A stretch of DNA of 64,000 bases from Macrostomum lignano (taxonomy: Eukaryota). The notes under the pieces are model-generated. The model was not told the origin of the DNA. It worked only from the letters and a program-made list of their open reading frames with translations, and searched no databases. Both the position numbers and the translations under genes were made by a program. How positions within the stretch are numbered: position 1 is the stretch's first letter; each line of letters opens with the position of its first letter. The stretch covers positions 1 through 64,000 of the forward strand of contig NIVC01000184.1 in assembly GCA_002269645.1 (NCBI GenBank), in the 5' to 3' direction. Positions 62,036-64,000 of this stretch are shown piece after piece.

Positions 62036-63559
62036 CCTTTCCTTACTGTAAGACTATCAGCAATCAGTATCAGTATCAGTGGCATTGCGATGGTTTTTCA
62101 CACATAACATTTGAATGAAATGACCAACATACACGCGACTGAATTCATTGGAAAGAAGAGATGTGCCGCTTTAAAATCACACCAAAGTTGTACTTGCAGC
62201 TGCTACTGTTTTTGTTCTTAGCGGTTGGTCCTCATAGGTGTTAATCACCCAGCAGCTCATGCTTAATCGAACCAGGGTTTGTGGCGCGAGAGTCGGTCTA
62301 AAGGTTTATTACAAAAATTAGTATTGAATAAAACCAGGTGTTGATTTCGTCCTTGAACTTTACGTTATGATCGCAATATTTCAAAAAAAGAAATACAAGC
62401 AACAGACATGTGGTTAAACACGCATTTCTACTTAGACGAGAGTGAAGGACTATCGACTAGATGCAACACGACTCTGCACTCAACTTCCTATTGATTGCTT
62501 CAAAAAGCGAATTCAAATTGCATGTAGATCGAGAATCGTTTTCTTCTATTCTACATATAGTTTTAGTTGAGCACATTTCTTAGACCACTTTATAACGATA
62601 GGCATGCAGTTATCATTTAATCAGCTCAAATGAATGCGACCCGACTCATGGATTTGAACCAGGGGTCTCTTGCCTAATGAAACAATAATTTTTTTATTCA
62701 GCTGCCGAAAGACACCTGCTGCGTTATTGGTTGAAAAAATGAATTACAGAGAACTGCTTGTTTAAGAATCGTCTCTTCATATGTGCATTTGCAAGAGTGA
62801 ACTCCTCTCTTTTCTACTCGTATAGTGGTTCCCCAATTTGCTGATTCTTTCCACTTATACTCGGGCACAGGGCACTCCAGAAGGCTCACAGGCATGTAGC
62901 TTGTGTGTTGAGTTGAGCGGCTTAACAGCATAGGGTGGGAAAGATTGAGAATCCATGCTACGTCTGAGAGCCTCTATGCCGAAGTAATTTGACTTTGAAT
63001 GAACATATCGCATTACTCTCCCGCCTCGCCTATCGCCTCTCGCCTTTCCCACCGGCCTGGGAACGCTAAGCTAAGCTATTCACGTCATTAACAAGGCCGA
63101 CTAGCACCTCCCTGCGGGTGTGGGCTGGGAAGTAAGTGGGTTTTCGAGGGGGCATGCGGAGGTTAGCGGGCCTAGATTAGGCGAGAGGGGGAGCGTGAGG
63201 AAGGCGAGAACTCACTTTAGAAAAATAAGAAGTGTACTCGGTTTCTGGCGACTACTTACTCCCCGTGTCTGTCGCTCGCTCCTCTCTTCCATCCTCCTTC
63301 GTTCTCCATATTCGTGCCTCGCTTCGCAACTAACGGATTGACCGGGCTTACGTGAAAGTGAGGACCCCCGTATATAGCGTAGTAGAAGAAATTCAATTAG
63401 TGCGGCTTCGAGATGGCGAGCCTGTGCGAGAGTATTGAAAGTGGGTGAGGCCTGTGGACAATGGGATGGATTATAGAGGAATATAGACATGTCAGCAGAC
63501 TGATGGACACTAAGATACCAAGAAGTAAAAGCGCAACGCCACTAAGGCAAGAAGACAAA

Positions 63560-63790
63560 CGAGCAGACAGACAGACACTAAGACAGACAGACAGACAGAC
63601 AGACAGACACATAGACAGACAGACACATAGACAGACAGGCAAGCAGGCAGGCAGGCAGACACTAAGACACTAAGACAGACACACAGACAGACAGGCAGAC
63701 AAAAAAGCAGTAAGACAGACATACATGTAGACGCTAGGACACTAAGACAGGGACTATGACAGGGACTAAGACAAACAGTAAGACAGGCAG
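63560..63790 (+). repeat. Degenerate (GACA)n microsatellite
   Basis: Direct reading. Confidence 0.85.
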
Positions 63791-63886
63791 ACCGGAAGGC
63801 ACATAAAATATACAATGTACATTATATCTAGGTATCAAAATGATCATTAGTTAATCCTGAGCCACCTCCACTTCATCAATTATCAG

Positions 63887-64000
63887 GGCTATTACAAAGA
63901 CACGGTCGAGTTCTACTTCGACTCGCGCGACGAGTGCAAGCACTTTTGGAAGAAGTGCATCGAGCATCACACGTTCTTCCGTTGTCAAGCGGTTAAGCTA
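63887..64000 (+). CDS. FARP: FARP/Cdep-like FERM gene, coding exon 7 (continues beyond the window)
   Basis: tatcag|[38 protein letters not shown]; phase 0; joins PEGY|GYYKDTVEF as in Cdep. DH/PH domains are not in the window, so an FRMD7-like protein cannot be excluded. Confidence 0.93.

Overview
This is eukaryotic (animal) genomic DNA with GT-AG introns and no prokaryotic features. The GPCR family type, the GC-rich exons and the heavy minisatellite load suggest a free-living flatworm such as Macrostomum (inference only). I can support four protein-coding genes. (1) The last three exons of a PTB/PID adaptor resembling LDLRAP1/ARH (+, 4944-7332). (2, 3) Two tandem, uninterrupted, diverged rhodopsin-like orphan GPCRs (-, 17548-18861 and 24109-25304); the second has a 1-nt frameshift. 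(4) The 5' part of a FARP/Cdep-type FERM gene (+, ATG 35221, seven coding exons, running off the window end); one exon has a 1-nt frameshift. The rest is repeats: about 20 distinct micro/minisatellites, a CORE-like tRNA-SINE family, LINE remnants, a hAT-type MITE carrying an expandable 21-bp array, and two Penelope-like (PLE) insertions. Nearly all long ORFs in the supplied track are tandem-repeat artefacts. The most notable signals are two inverted-repeat PLE derivatives with minimal hammerhead-ribozyme motifs (intact core at 21013-21051), a foldback intron made of mirror-image minisatellite arms, exon-hugging minisatellites, and a strongly CpG-decayed 5' block. All analysis was by eye; repeat boundaries are approximate.
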